64,000 nt of DNA from an uncultured bacterium (GCA_963825135.1 CAWGRW010000009.1:576001-640000), one strand, 5' to 3'; shown: positions 30,407-42,525, counted from the stretch's first letter. Numbers and translations: made by a program. Notes: generated from the sequence alone by a model not told the origin.

Positions 30407-32011
30407 ATGAGTCTCAACTTTATCAGGAACAGAAACAGCTGGTTTATCAGAGGCATTTTGATATTGATCGCCGTCGCTTTTATCATAGGGATAGGACGGA
30501 ATCTCAGCAACTTCGGGGCCATAACCAATGTCCGGAACAGGAGCGCCGCGGAGGTTAACGGGGAAAATGTCAGTCTCGTGAATTTCTACCTTATGAGGGA
30601 TAGCCTGAAATCGCAATTCGGCCAGAAGGGTGAAATTCCCCAGGAATACATGAGCCAGATAAACGTGATAGCTCTCAATCAGCTTATCAATCTCAAGCTG
30701 CTCGCTCAGGAAGCAAAAAAACTCGGGTTCAAGGTAACCAATGAGGAGCTGGACAACGCAATTAAATCAGACCCGGGTTTTCAGGTCGATGGAAAGTTCG
30801 TGGGCCGGGACAGGTACAAACAGTTCATTGAACGGGCCTACAAAGAGGACGTAGGAGAGTTCGAGAACTCGTACAGAGAAAGGCTTCTCGCCGCGAAGCT
30901 CGCCGCATTTATTGACGAAACCGCGATCATCACGGACGAAAACCTGTTTAGCGTCTACGAGCAGGAAAATGAGAAGATAAACCTGTACTACGTGAGATTC
31001 CCGGGGAAAGACTTTCTTGCCTCGTACGCGCCCGGGGACGGAGACATAAAGCAGTACTATGAGAAGCACAAGAACGAATTCAAAACAGCCGAGAAGAGAA
31101 AAGTACGGTATTTCACACTGAGCCCGGACGTCTTTGAAAAGAGCGTAAAGGTTTCAGACGACGAAATCGCCTCTTATTACAACGCCTACCAGGATGAATT
31201 CAAGTCCGGAGACGGAAAGCAGCTGCCGCTTTCCGATGTCAGGAAGGATATCGAATCCAAGCTGAGAGCCCAAAAGGGGGAAGTGATACGCCAGCAGTTA
31301 ATGTCCAGAATGGAGAACCCCGAGGGCGTTAACAGCGGCATCGATTCGCTCGCGAAAGAGTATGGGGCGGCAACTATAGTCCAGAGCGAGCCTTTCGCGG
31401 CTAACGAAATTATGGCCGCTATACCGCCGATGATTACACATCAGGCGTTCGGCATGGAAAAGGGGAAGGTCGCGATAACACCCGTGGGAGCCAATATCTG
31501 GGTTCTCGAGGTAATCGACGTTGTTCCCCCCAGGGAAATGAGCTTCGAGGAAGCAAAAGCGGAAGCGGCGAATTCCTTAAAACATGAAAAATCAGTTCAG
31601 CTGGCAAAAAAGAAAGCGGAGGAGTCGATAAAGAAGCTGAGCGGCGTTAAGAAGGAGAACCTCCCGGCGGAAGCGAAGAAGCTCGGCCTCGAGCTAAAGG
31701 AGACAGGCTACTTTTCGAAGTCTGAAAGAGTGCCCGGTATTAATTCCCAGCAGCTCAGCGCGGAGGCTTTTGAGCTCGACGCGAAATCCGGTGTCCCGAA
31801 CAGGATTTATACCGACGGCGATACGTTTTACATAATTTCCGTCGAGGGAACGAAAAACGCAACCCGCGAGGATTTTGATGGAGTCAAGACCGCACTCATG
31901 GAACAGGAGCTTCAGAAACAGCGGTCTCAGGTCATTCAGAAGATGATACAGGACTTGAGACGTCAGGCGGAGATTATTCCGAACAGCAGACTTTTCCCGT
32001 CACAAGGATAA
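30407..32011 (+). CDS. PpiD/SurA N-terminal-domain membrane-anchored periplasmic chaperone
   Basis: N-terminal TM helix, AAEVNGE, QEAKKLG..V..EE, FQVDGKF. Confidence 0.8.
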   Translation: MSLNFIRNRNSWFIRGILILIAVAFIIGIGRNLSNFGAITNVRNRSAAEVNGENVSLVNFYLMRDSLKSQFGQKGEIPQEYMSQINVIALNQLINLKLLAQEAKKLGFKVTNEELDNAIKSDPGFQVDGKFVGRDRYKQFIERAYKEDVGEFENSYRERLLAAKLAAFIDETAIITDENLFSVYEQENEKINLYYVRFPGKDFLASYAPGDGDIKQYYEKHKNEFKTAEKRKVRYFTLSPDVFEKSVKVSDDEIASYYNAYQDEFKSGDGKQLPLSDVRKDIESKLRAQKGEVIRQQLMSRMENPEGVNSGIDSLAKEYGAATIVQSEPFAANEIMAAIPPMITHQAFGMEKGKVAITPVGANIWVLEVIDVVPPREMSFEEAKAEAANSLKHEKSVQLAKKKAEESIKKLSGVKKENLPAEAKKLGLELKETGYFSKSERVPGINSQQLSAEAFELDAKSGVPNRIYTDGDTFYIISVEGTKNATREDFDGVKTALMEQELQKQRSQVIQKMIQDLRRQAEIIPNSRLFPSQG

Positions 32012-32039
32012 CTGCGGAATCGAGGGGTCGGAGAGGATA

Positions 32040-34604
32040 TTGTCTATTAGAGCTCTAATTATAGGATCGGACAGGGATTACTGCTACATCCTTAAGGAGT
32101 TCCTGGCTCTGAGAGATCTCTACGTAACCGTAGTACTCAATTACAAAGAAGGGATGGACAGGCTCTTTTATGAAAAGCCCGATCTGGCTATTATCGAGGC
32201 AACGGGGGGAGAGCCGATCGAGAGCCACCTGGAGACTTTAAAGAGCTCGGACGAATACGAGATCGCCGATTTCAATGACGGCGGGAGAATAAAACCCGGT
32301 ACCAAAAACGTATTGGTTTTCGACGACAAAACACAAATCAACTCCCTCCTTGACTTCCTCAGGCGGGGTTACACGGACCGGCCCTCAGAACAGGCGGCCG
32401 ACTCCGAAAACGAGGGGAGTCTCGGCTCAAAGTTCTATCCGAGCCTGCTTGTAGACATCTACAACAAGAAAAAAAGCGGAATCCTTTCTATTTTCTCGAA
32501 CACCCGCTTTCTAATTTATTTTATTAACGGCAACCCCGTATTCGCGGAGGGCGGTGACATCGATACCGCCATAGGGAGGATACTCCTCGACAGCGGAAAG
32601 ATTAATGAGGAGACCTATGAAAAAGCCGTAGACCTCGCGACGAAAAACAAGCAAAAATTCGGGCAGATACTCTTTGAAATGGGCATAACCTCGCCTCACG
32701 AACTGAACAGCTTTCTGGAATTCCAGATACAGGAGAAAATAACAAAAGGGTTTCATTGCATTAACGGCAGATATGCATTTAAAAGCGGCGACGAATTTGT
32801 GGACAGAATAGTTTCGTATCACATCGATTTATCAAAGGTCATCTACGAGGGCGTAAAAAGATATATAGATGCGGACAGGCTGGAAGAAATTAATCCTGTT
32901 ATCGTAGTCGGCCCTAAACTAAGGAGTGATATTAACGGTCTCGGGCTCAAGCCCAAAGAACTCAGGTTCGTACAGCTCCTCAAGGAAAAATCGACAGTGA
33001 AAGAAGTGCTCGCAGGATCGAGGCTCGACAAGACCGAGGCGCTAAAGCTGCTATTTTTCTTATCGTTATACAAACTTCTGGACATTACCGGAATTTCTCC
33101 CGACATGTTCGGGAGGGATTCGATAGAGAAGCTCATAAGAGAAAGCGAGACAGCCGTCATAGGGAATGTAAGCCCGGACATTACAGCAGATTTCGAAAAC
33201 TTGTTCGGAGAATTGAAAGACCCGGAGTCAGGCCCCGAAACCGGAGACAGACCCGGCAACGGAGATAATGACCCAGATTTTAATATTCATTCCGGCGAGG
33301 AAGAAATCCCGCACGAGCCCGAACCCGAGATAGAAATAATGGCGGAGGGACGCAGTCAATCCGGGCCTTCGTCAGGCATGGACGAGGAAGATATGATGAC
33401 GGAGACCTCAACGGATGCCCTCCTTCCTGACGCACGGGGGGATGAGAGGAGCGAACCGGCTTTTTATGCAGCAGGCCCGGAAGAGGAAACCGCCCTTCAC
33501 CCGCCGGCAGCGGGAGAGTCACCGGAAGACGAAATCGGGCTCGAACTGAATCCCGTATCCGCAGAGCCCGATCATTCGAAAGGGACCGACCCGTTCGCAT
33601 GGTCCCGAGAGGAAAGCGCACTGTACAATAACGGCAGCCCCGAACCGGAATCAGGGCTGAGCGCCGATACGCCGGGCATTGCACGCGAGAATACAATAAC
33701 GGACCAGATAAACAGCCTTTTTCAACCCTATGTGGACGAAGGAGAAGACCAGGGAGACGATCCCGACAACTATCCCGCCGGGAACGAAGTCGAGTTTATG
33801 CCGCCCGGCGAGCCCTCAAATGCCGCATTCGAATGGGACGAGGCAACCCCCTCGGCCGGGAAATCGCACGCGGACGAATTTAGCGCGAGGGTAACGGAGT
33901 TCCTTGAGACGATAGAGCAAAAAGATCATTACGAGATTCTCGGCGTGTCCCGGGACGCCTCGACCGAGGAGATAAGAGACGCTTATTATAAGCTGGTTAA
34001 ATGTTATCACCCGGATGTCAACCCGAACGCGGACCATGACATGAGGGTGAAAGCGGAGGAAATTTTCAACAAAATCACGACCGCATACGAGGCCCTGTCT
34101 GAAACGGATAAGAGACAGCAGTATGACTCACACGAAGAGCTTTCGGTGCTCAAATCGCAGGCAAAATATATTTACGAAGCGGAAATGACCTTCAAGAAAG
34201 GTATTACCATGCTCGTACAGCGCGACTACGCGGAAGCGGAAAAGAAGTTCAGAGAGGCCGTGGGCATGAATCCCGACGAAGCCGCCTATTCAGGGGCGCT
34301 CGCCTGGGCCCGGTTTCTGGCGGCCGAAGATAAATCGGCGGTCCTGGAAGAGGTCAGGAATTCCCTGGAGATCGCCCTGAAGATGAACGACAAGATACCC
34401 GAGAATTATTATTACCTCGGATCCCTGTACAAGTTCAATAACGATCTGAGGAAGGCGGAGAGGTATTTTGAAAAGGCGATCGAGCTTGCGCCGGATTATA
34501 TTGAGGCGAAGAGAGAGATACGCCTTATAAAGAACCGGAAAACAACCGCCAAGAATGACAAAAAGATCGAAAAAAACTTCTGGTCCAGCTTGTTTAAAAA
34601 GTGA
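32040..34604 (+). CDS. Multidomain J-domain co-chaperone (receiver-like, DUF4388-like, acidic linker, DnaJ, TPR)
   Basis: DHYEILGV...YHPD J domain; C-terminal TPR-like repeats; KKSGIL...IYF.NG.PVFA...IG.ILL..GKI segment. Confidence 0.8.
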   Translation: MSIRALIIGSDRDYCYILKEFLALRDLYVTVVLNYKEGMDRLFYEKPDLAIIEATGGEPIESHLETLKSSDEYEIADFNDGGRIKPGTKNVLVFDDKTQINSLLDFLRRGYTDRPSEQAADSENEGSLGSKFYPSLLVDIYNKKKSGILSIFSNTRFLIYFINGNPVFAEGGDIDTAIGRILLDSGKINEETYEKAVDLATKNKQKFGQILFEMGITSPHELNSFLEFQIQEKITKGFHCINGRYAFKSGDEFVDRIVSYHIDLSKVIYEGVKRYIDADRLEEINPVIVVGPKLRSDINGLGLKPKELRFVQLLKEKSTVKEVLAGSRLDKTEALKLLFFLSLYKLLDITGISPDMFGRDSIEKLIRESETAVIGNVSPDITADFENLFGELKDPESGPETGDRPGNGDNDPDFNIHSGEEEIPHEPEPEIEIMAEGRSQSGPSSGMDEEDMMTETSTDALLPDARGDERSEPAFYAAGPEEETALHPPAAGESPEDEIGLELNPVSAEPDHSKGTDPFAWSREESALYNNGSPEPESGLSADTPGIARENTITDQINSLFQPYVDEGEDQGDDPDNYPAGNEVEFMPPGEPSNAAFEWDEATPSAGKSHADEFSARVTEFLETIEQKDHYEILGVSRDASTEEIRDAYYKLVKCYHPDVNPNADHDMRVKAEEIFNKITTAYEALSETDKRQQYDSHEELSVLKSQAKYIYEAEMTFKKGITMLVQRDYAEAEKKFREAVGMNPDEAAYSGALAWARFLAAEDKSAVLEEVRNSLEIALKMNDKIPENYYYLGSLYKFNNDLRKAERYFEKAIELAPDYIEAKREIRLIKNRKTTAKNDKKIEKNFWSSLFKK

Positions 34605-34701
34605 TTATTTACACTTCCCCGGATTTGCCGTAAACCGTTTTATTGCTTCGGATATTTACTTTTTTTAAACTTTTGATTATCTTGACTCAATAGATTAGGC
34701 G

Positions 34702-37700
34702 ATGAAAATCAAATCCCTGGAAATTACCGGCTTCAAATCATTCTACGATAAGACCCGTATTAATTTTGACTTGCGCCTGAGCGCGATTGTCGGCCCCAAC
34801 GGCTGCGGCAAATCAAACGTGCTCGACGCCATCAGGTGGATACTCGGCGAGCAGAACCCCAGACAGCTGAGAGCGAACGTCATGGAAGAGGTGATTTCAA
34901 ACGGGAGCGAGTTTCTGAAGCCGCTCGGAATGGCCGAAGTCTCTCTCCTCATGGAGAACGTCCCAAGCTACAATTTCGAGCAGGTCGAGATAAAACGCCG
35001 TATATTCCGCTCGGGGGAGACCGAGTACTTTCTGAACGGCGTACCTTGCAGGCTCAAGGACATCACCGATATATTCATCGACACGGGCTCGGGGGCCAGG
35101 GCTTATTCGGTTATCGGCCAGGGCAGAGTGGACCAGTTGATAACGGCCAAGCCCGAGGAAAAAAGGACCCTCATAGAAGAGGTAGCCGGCATCAGGAGAT
35201 ACAAGATCAGGCGAAGGGAAACCGAGACGCGCATAAAAACGACGAGGGAGAACCTGAGTCGCGTAAAGGACATGACAAATGAAGTAAAACGCCAGATGGA
35301 CACGCTGAGCCTTCAGGCAAAGCACGCCGGGGAATTCAGGGAGTTATCGGAGGAGTCGAGGAGGCTCGAAGCCGGGATACTGAGGGCGCGGCTGGAGAGA
35401 CTGGAAAAAAAGAAGAACATCGTAATCGAGGAAAAAGCAGCGGTCGAACAGTCGATAGCCGGCTCCGAGGAGGAGACCATACGGGTCGTCAACCTCATAA
35501 AGAAATTAAATAATCAGTCCATTGTCACCGACGAGAAAATCAGAGAGCTGGAAAGCGACATCTACAGGACGAGAACCGACCTCCAGTCAAAAATATCCTC
35601 ACAGGAGCTTATCAAGTCCGAAATCTCCAGCATCGAGCGGTTCATCGAGAAGATAGAGAGTGAATCGGTATTGCTCGGAGGCGAACGTCAGAACCTGGCG
35701 GCGCAGACCGACATTAAAAAAGGCGCCCTCGACGAGGTCAGACTCGAATTACACAAAGAGAAGGCGGAGATAGAAGACAACGAGAGAAAACTCTCGGCCA
35801 TCAAGGCGGGCTTCGCCGCCATCCGCACGGAGCATCAGGAAGTGAGGGCAGCCCTCTTCAGGACCCTCGACGAGTACAGCTCCCTGAAAGGCGCGGCGCT
35901 CGGCTATGAAAAGGAATTAAGGGATCTCTATGCGAAAAAAGAGGTAATCGAGAAAGAGCTCGCGGAAATAGAGCTGGAGAGAAGAGCCGCCAGCAGAGGA
36001 AATCTCGAGACTGGAGCTGACCCTCGCGGAAAACGAGGCTAAAAAGCAGCGCATTTTCGAATCCAGGGACAGACTGACGGCGACTCTTTCGTCCCTGAGC
36101 GAGCTCCAGACGGCAAAACGGGACGAGCACGACGGGCTTCTGGAACGGCTCAACGAGAACGCCTCGAGACTTACGGTGCTTAACCAGATACAGGCTAACT
36201 ATGAATGGCTTCCCGAAGGAATAAGGAACTTCATTCTGGAGCACAAGGGAAACGGGGTGCTCGGGACCGTTTCCGATTTTATTTCCGTCCCGGAGGGCTA
36301 CGAGAGGGCCGTCGAAGCGGTGCTCGGTGATAAGATCAAATGGATTCTCGTCGAAGAGAACACTCAGGCCCTAAGCGCCGTAGATTCCCTGAGACAGCAC
36401 TCACTCGGGAGGGGGACGTTCGTCTCGGCCGAAGGGGATGCATACTTCGCAGGCTCAAACGGCCGCCCTGCCAACTCAAAGCCGCTCTCGGAGGTAGTGA
36501 GCCTCGACGCCAAGCTGGGCACCATAGAGAACCAGCTAAAGAACGTGTATATGGTTTCGACGCTGGGCGAAGGACTGAGACTGCGGTCCGAAACAGGCGG
36601 AGGGGCCTCGTTTGTCACCGCCGAAGGCGATTACCTGCACCCTGACGGGGCGATCTCGGGCGGCACGGCTCAGCCCGGAGTACTCGAAAGGAAAAGGGAA
36701 ATCGAGAACCTTAAAATCGTAATCGGAGCCCTCCAGAACGACATCGACAAACTGTCCCTCGAGATTGAGGCGAACGATCTGGAGATAAAGGGCTTAAACT
36801 CCGGAATCAAGGGACATGAGAGCGAGCTGGTCGAGACCGGCATTGTGGATGCCGAGACCAGGAAAGACATACTTAATTTCAGGAACAACCTCGAGAAGCT
36901 TGAGAGACGGATCGAGATAATCAACCAGAATCTCACGAAAACAGGTGTGGAAACCGACGAGAAGCTGCGGCTCATGGACGAAACCAGGGCGGTAATAACG
37001 CGGCTCGATTCGGAGAAATCGGTCCTCGAGCAAAAGTTCGGCGAAGTCGAGGGGAAGATTCAAAAGGCGGAGGAGGAAGAGCGGGGAGTCGAAAGGGAGA
37101 TCGCCGAGAAAAGGGTCAAGTGCGCCTCTCTGCTCGAGAGGGAAGTAAGCCTCATCGAGGATCTGAGCGAGCTCGAAAGAAGAATAAACGATATCGATAA
37201 CCGCCTCGATCTCGAATCCCGGAATATCGAGGAGAAAAAACAGGAGAAGCTCGGCTTCATCGAGAAAGACAGGTATACGGTTGAGGAGATAAGCGGTATA
37301 AACAGGGTCGTCGCCGAAAACGAAGAGAGGCTCCTGGGGATGAAAGGCGAAAGGAGCGGCATCGTCGAGGAGTCCAGGGCAGCGAACGAGAACAGGGAAA
37401 GCCTGAATGCGCTCCTCTCGGACCTGAGATTAAAAAACAATTCCCTGGAGCTCGACCTCAACAGCCTCCAGATCGAGGCGGAGAACATCAGCGATATAAT
37501 GGAAAGGAGCAACCTCTCCGATGTTATCTCGGCCCTGGCCGCGGCCGGAGAGTCCACGGATATAAATCTCCGCGAAGAAGAAGTCAGGTTGAGGAAACTG
37601 CAGGCGCAGATCGAGAAATTCGGGCCTGTGAACCTGCTGGCTCCCGAAGAGTACAATAAGCTCGAAGAAAGGTATAAGTTCCTGGACGAGCAGATGGAGG

Positions 37701-38212
37701 ACCTGAATCAGGCCCTTAATTCGCTCGGCAAGGCCATAAGCAAGATCGACAAAGAGTCCGAAAAGAGGTTCAGAGAAACCTTTGATCTGATGGACCAAAA
37801 ATTCCAGGAGATATTCAGCCGCCTCTTCAGGGGCGGGGAAGGCAAATTGGTGCTGACCGAGCCCGAAGACATGCTGGAATCCGGGGTGGAGGTAATGGTC
37901 AGGCCGAGGGGTAAAAAATTTCAATCCATAACACTCCTTTCGGGGGGTGAAAAGGCCTTGTCGGCAATCGCGCTGATAATAGCCGCCTGTCTTATTAAGC
38001 CCGCCCCGTTCCTTCTATTCGACGAAATAGACGCACCGCTAGACGACAGGAACACGTCCTATTTTATCGACCTTGTTAAAGAAATAGATAATAATTCGCA
38101 GGTGATACTGATAACTCATAACAAGAAAAGCATGCAGGAAGTAAACTCCCTCATCGGCATAACGTCCAATAAGACAGGGACTTCGACGGTCGTTTCCGTC
38201 GAGCTTAACTAA
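34702..38212 (+). CDS. smc: Chromosome segregation protein SMC, split by a +1 frameshift near 35972-36040
   Basis: GPNGCGKSN head in the first ORF; hinge, LSGGEK and DEIDAPLD in the second; joined length about 1169 aa. Confidence 0.9.
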
Positions 38213-38356
38213 ACCCGCTGCAAAAGACCGATATATCAATAATGAGTTTGAATCCGATAAATGGTCGGACCGGCGTATAAATAAGCAAAATTTGTGATGA
38301 CCGGGTTTTACACTTATACTTTTATCGGTTCTTAAGTTTTGGAGGGTTGTTAGAAT

Positions 38357-41215
38357 ATGATTTCTTATATAATGAAGAAGATTATAGGTTCCCAGAACGA
38401 CAGGGAGATCAAAAGACTCGGTGCGATCGTCGACGAGGTCAATGAATTTGAGAATGAATTCAAATCACTCCACAATAACGCCTTTGCACTGAAAACCGAG
38501 GAGTTCAAGGAAAAAATAAAGAACAGTCTCAACGGAAACGGCGATCCGGCGGACGAAGAGCATTACGGCAAACTCGAAGAAACGGTGCTCGACATACTCC
38601 CCGAAGCCTTCGCTCTCGTAAGGGAGGCGTCGCGCAGGACCCTGGGGATGCGCCCCTTCGACGTCCAGCTCGTAGGCGGCCTCGTGCTCCACATGGGCAG
38701 AATTGCCGAAATGAAAACAGGGGAAGGAAAAACTCTTGTCGCGGCTTTACCCCTGTATGTCAACGGAATTACCGGCCTCGGCGCGCACCTCGTAACCGTG
38801 AACGACTACCTGGCCAGACGCGACGCGATGTGGATGGGGCCCATATATAAGCTGCTCGGATTGAATATAGGCGTTATCAACCACGAGATTTCCTATCTGG
38901 TAGAGTGGGAAGACCCGGCCAGGGCTCAGCACGCGATAGACAGCAACATGAGCGTATGGCCCCATGAATATTCGGATATGGAGATCCCCCCCGAGAAGAA
39001 CCTCGACGTGCTCGCCTACTTCAAGACCAAACTCGTCGAGTGCTCGAGAAAGGAAGCCTACAGGGCCCATGCGACCTACGGGACGAATAACGAATTCGGG
39101 TTCGACTACCTGAGGGACAACATGAAGTTCTCTCTGAACGATTACGTCCAGCGGGAACACCACTATGGCATCGTCGACGAAGTGGACAGCATATTGATCG
39201 ACGAAGCCAGGACCCCGCTTATCATATCGGGCCCGTCCGAGGAATCGACACAGCTCTACTACGATATCAACAACGTGGTCATAAAACTCAAGAACGAGGT
39301 CGATTTCACGCTTGACGAAAAGACGCGGCAGGTCACTCCCAACGAGGAAGGGTCCAACAAGGTCGAAAAGGCGCTCGGCATAAGCAACGTCTATGACCCC
39401 GCCAACCTTGAGATCCTCCATCATGTCATACAGGGCCTGCGCGCGCATCACCTCTTCCATAGAGACGTCGACTACATGGTCAAGGACGGAAAGGTCATCA
39501 TCGTCGACGAATTCACGGGCAGGCTGATGCCCGGCAGAAGGTGGAGCGACGGCCTCCATCAGGCGATCGAGGCCAAAGAGGACGTCGAGATAGAGAACGA
39601 GAACCAGACCCTCGCGACGATAACCATTCAGAACTATTTCAGGATGTACAGGAAGCTCGCCGGGATGACGGGAACCGCGGACACGGAGGCCTTCGAGTTC
39701 AAGAATATCTACGACCTCGACGTGAACGTCGTACCGACGAATAAACCCATGATCAGGGCCGACAGGAACGACTCCGTTTACAAATCGGAAAGAGAGAAAT
39801 TTGGCGCCGTGGCCGAGGAGATAAAAGAATTCTACGGAAAGGGGCGGCCCGTACTGGTCGGCACGACGTCCATCGAGAAATCGGAAAGGCTCTCGGGCAT
39901 ATTACAGAAGCTCCGTATCCCCCACCAGGTACTAAACGCCAAACAGCATGAGAACGAAGCGGAGATCGTGGCCCAGGCCGGAAGGATAGGAGGCGTAACG
40001 ATAGCGACGAATATGGCCGGCAGGGGCACGGACATCATTCTCGGCGGCAATCACGAATACCTCGCGAGGGACCTGCTCAAAAAGAAATTCAGGATCGATC
40101 CTCACGAAGCGCTCCCCGAGCAGTTCGAGGAGGCCATGCTGGAGGCCCGTTCCGTCTGCGAGGACGAGAAAAAAAGGGTGCTCGAGCTGGGAGGTCTCCA
40201 CATCATCGGCACAGAGAGGCACGAATCGAGAAGGATCGACAACCAGCTGAGAGGAAGGTCCGGCAGGCAGGGCGACCCCGGCTCCTCACGGTTCTTCGTG
40301 TCCCTCGAAGACGACCTCATGAGGATATTCGCGTCAGAGACGATAACGAAGATCATGGACAAGCTCGGATGGGAAGAGGGCGAGCCGATTGAGCATAAGA
40401 TGATCTCGCGCTCCATCGAGAACGCCCAGAAAAAGGTCGAGGGCAGGAACTTCGATATAAGAAAGCACCTGCTGGACTATGACGACGTGCTCAACAAGCA
40501 AAGAGAGGTCATATACAGAAAAAGAAGGGAGTTCCTCGGCGGCGGGGAGAGCCTGAGGGACAACCTCTACGAAATGGCGGACGAAGTCATTGCCGATGTG
40601 GTTGAAGAGGCGGTCCCGGAAAAAGGGAGATCGGATGAGGAGGATTTAAGCGATCTGAAGGAGGCCGTCTACGCTTCGTTCAACATACATATCGAGCCCG
40701 AAGAACTGGCTCCGGCCGGGGCGAAGAGAGAAGCTGTCGCAGAATTCATACAAAAGAAAGTACATGAGTATTACGAGACGAAAGAAGGCGAAATTACGTC
40801 TGAAACCATGAGGCAGATCGAAAGATACGTCATGCTCCAGACGCTCGATTTCCTCTGGAAAGACCACCTGCTGAACATGGACCACCTGCGGGAAGGCATA
40901 GGGCTCAGAGGTTACGCCCAGAGGGACCCGCTCCACGAATACAAGCGCGAAGGGTTCGAGATGTTCTCTTCCCTGATAGACCGCCTTTCCTATGACGTTT
41001 GCGAAAAGCTTTTCAGGGTACAGCCCGTAAGCGAAACCGACATGGAGAGGCTCGAGAGGAAGAGGAGAAACGAACAGCAGCGCATGACTTTGAGCAGGGG
41101 CGAGGAAGAAGCGAGCAAGAAACCCGTCAAGAGGCACGATAAGAAGGTAGGGAGAAACGACCCCTGCCCTTGCGGCAGCGGCAAGAAGTATAAAAGATGC
41201 TGCGGTGTCGCGTAG
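38357..41215 (+). CDS. secA: Preprotein translocase ATPase SecA
   Basis: [39 protein letters not shown]-terminal [13 protein letters not shown]. Confidence 0.98.
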   Translation: MISYIMKKIIGSQNDREIKRLGAIVDEVNEFENEFKSLHNNAFALKTEEFKEKIKNSLNGNGDPADEEHYGKLEETVLDILPEAFALVREASRRTLGMRPFDVQLVGGLVLHMGRIAEMKTGEGKTLVAALPLYVNGITGLGAHLVTVNDYLARRDAMWMGPIYKLLGLNIGVINHEISYLVEWEDPARAQHAIDSNMSVWPHEYSDMEIPPEKNLDVLAYFKTKLVECSRKEAYRAHATYGTNNEFGFDYLRDNMKFSLNDYVQREHHYGIVDEVDSILIDEARTPLIISGPSEESTQLYYDINNVVIKLKNEVDFTLDEKTRQVTPNEEGSNKVEKALGISNVYDPANLEILHHVIQGLRAHHLFHRDVDYMVKDGKVIIVDEFTGRLMPGRRWSDGLHQAIEAKEDVEIENENQTLATITIQNYFRMYRKLAGMTGTADTEAFEFKNIYDLDVNVVPTNKPMIRADRNDSVYKSEREKFGAVAEEIKEFYGKGRPVLVGTTSIEKSERLSGILQKLRIPHQVLNAKQHENEAEIVAQAGRIGGVTIATNMAGRGTDIILGGNHEYLARDLLKKKFRIDPHEALPEQFEEAMLEARSVCEDEKKRVLELGGLHIIGTERHESRRIDNQLRGRSGRQGDPGSSRFFVSLEDDLMRIFASETITKIMDKLGWEEGEPIEHKMISRSIENAQKKVEGRNFDIRKHLLDYDDVLNKQREVIYRKRREFLGGGESLRDNLYEMADEVIADVVEEAVPEKGRSDEEDLSDLKEAVYASFNIHIEPEELAPAGAKREAVAEFIQKKVHEYYETKEGEITSETMRQIERYVMLQTLDFLWKDHLLNMDHLREGIGLRGYAQRDPLHEYKREGFEMFSSLIDRLSYDVCEKLFRVQPVSETDMERLERKRRNEQQRMTLSRGEEEASKKPVKRHDKKVGRNDPCPCGSGKKYKRCCGVA

Positions 41216-41226
41216 GGGGTCCCCGG

Positions 41227-42168
41227 TTGGAACAGTCCGACTTCACCGGCAAGATCAGGCGCCTCGAAGCAAATATCGGCGGCGTAATCAAGGGGAAGCC
41301 CGAAATAATAAAAACAGCGATAGTGGCGCTGCTTTCCAGGTCGCATATGCTGATAGAAGACGTCCCCGGCGTGGGGAAGACGACCCTGGCACATGCCCTG
41401 GCAAGGTCTACGGACCTCTCGTTCAAGAGGATCCAGTTCACGAGCGACCTGCTGCCTTCCGATATTCTCGGGGTCTCGGTGCTCGAGCAGTCCACAGGGA
41501 ATTTCATATTCAAACCGGGCCCTATATTCGCGAACATAGTCCTAGCAGACGAGATAAACAGGGCCACTCCGAAAACCCAGAGCGCCCTCCTCGAGGCAAT
41601 GAACGAGGCGAAGGTAACCATGGACGGGACCGTCCGGGACCTGCCGAAACCCTTTATGGTGATAGCGACTCAAAACCCATTCGAATACAAGGGCACGTTC
41701 CCGCTCCCCGAAAACCAGCTCGACAGGTTCGCAATGAGGATCGGCATAGGGTATCCCGACAGGGAGAGCGAGAGGCGGATACTCTCGACGTCGAGCGCAG
41801 CGAACTCCTGGGAGAGCATAAACCCCGTAATATCGAAGGAAGAGGTCGTATCGCTTCAGGAATTATCGGAGAAAGTCAGGACGGACGATTCGATACTGGA
41901 CTACATTCTCGCGATAGTAACGGAGACCCGGAACCCGGGGATGTTCGAGCTCGGGGTCAGTCCGAGGGGCGCATTAGCTCTCAAGAGCGCCTCTCAGTCG
42001 CACGCGCTCACCGAGGGGAGGACATACTGTACCCCGGAGGACGTAAAGACAATGGCAGTCCCGGTCTTGGCGCACAGAGTGATAATCCGGAACGAACGCA
42101 GTATGGGGACGGGGGGAGAGGAGGAAGCGATAGAAGAGGCCCTCCGGAAAGTGAAAGTGCCGATTTAG
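41227..42168 (+). CDS. MoxR-family AAA+ ATPase
   Basis: EDVPGVGKT, RIQFT.DLLPSD, ADEINRA.PKTQSALLEAM, ATQNP, QLDRF; start set at TTG 41227. Confidence 0.92.
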   Translation: MEQSDFTGKIRRLEANIGGVIKGKPEIIKTAIVALLSRSHMLIEDVPGVGKTTLAHALARSTDLSFKRIQFTSDLLPSDILGVSVLEQSTGNFIFKPGPIFANIVLADEINRATPKTQSALLEAMNEAKVTMDGTVRDLPKPFMVIATQNPFEYKGTFPLPENQLDRFAMRIGIGYPDRESERRILSTSSAANSWESINPVISKEEVVSLQELSEKVRTDDSILDYILAIVTETRNPGMFELGVSPRGALALKSASQSHALTEGRTYCTPEDVKTMAVPVLAHRVIIRNERSMGTGGEEEAIEEALRKVKVPI

Positions 42169-42244
42169 ACCCCTGTTTGCCCTAAGAGCATGGTAGACTA
42201 TATAAAGAACATTTAATCTTTAAGCCCGCGCTGCGGAGGTAAAA

Positions 42245-42520
42245 ATGAACCCCAGACCGAAAATTTACTTTTATCAGGGCAAGCCGCCGGCATATTTGAT
42301 ACCGCTCATCCTTTTATTGGGTATCGTGGTGCTCGCAATACTCCTGTTATTCGGGTTCTTTCTTGGAATCGCTGTCGGAGTCGCGCTCATTATATTCGGC
42401 GTCATGAGACTTTTCTCCTCAAACAGCAAGAAGAAATTCAGGACCGTCGACCAAAACGGCAGAACGACTATTATCCTCGACAAGGAAGACTACGAGGTCA
42501 TAGAAAAAGGTAAGAAATAA
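42245..42520 (+). CDS. Small membrane protein
   Basis: GGAGGT SD; long hydrophobic hairpin; C-terminal DYEVIE. Confidence 0.7.
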   Translation: MNPRPKIYFYQGKPPAYLIPLILLLGIVVLAILLLFGFFLGIAVGVALIIFGVMRLFSSNSKKKFRTVDQNGRTTIILDKEDYEVIEKGKK

Positions 42521-42525
42521 TAATT

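Noticed and set aside
41205..42185. 326-aa same-strand ORF overlapping MoxR
   Set aside because: Arg/Gly/Pro-rich off-frame translation with no motifs; a codon-bias shadow of MoxR.
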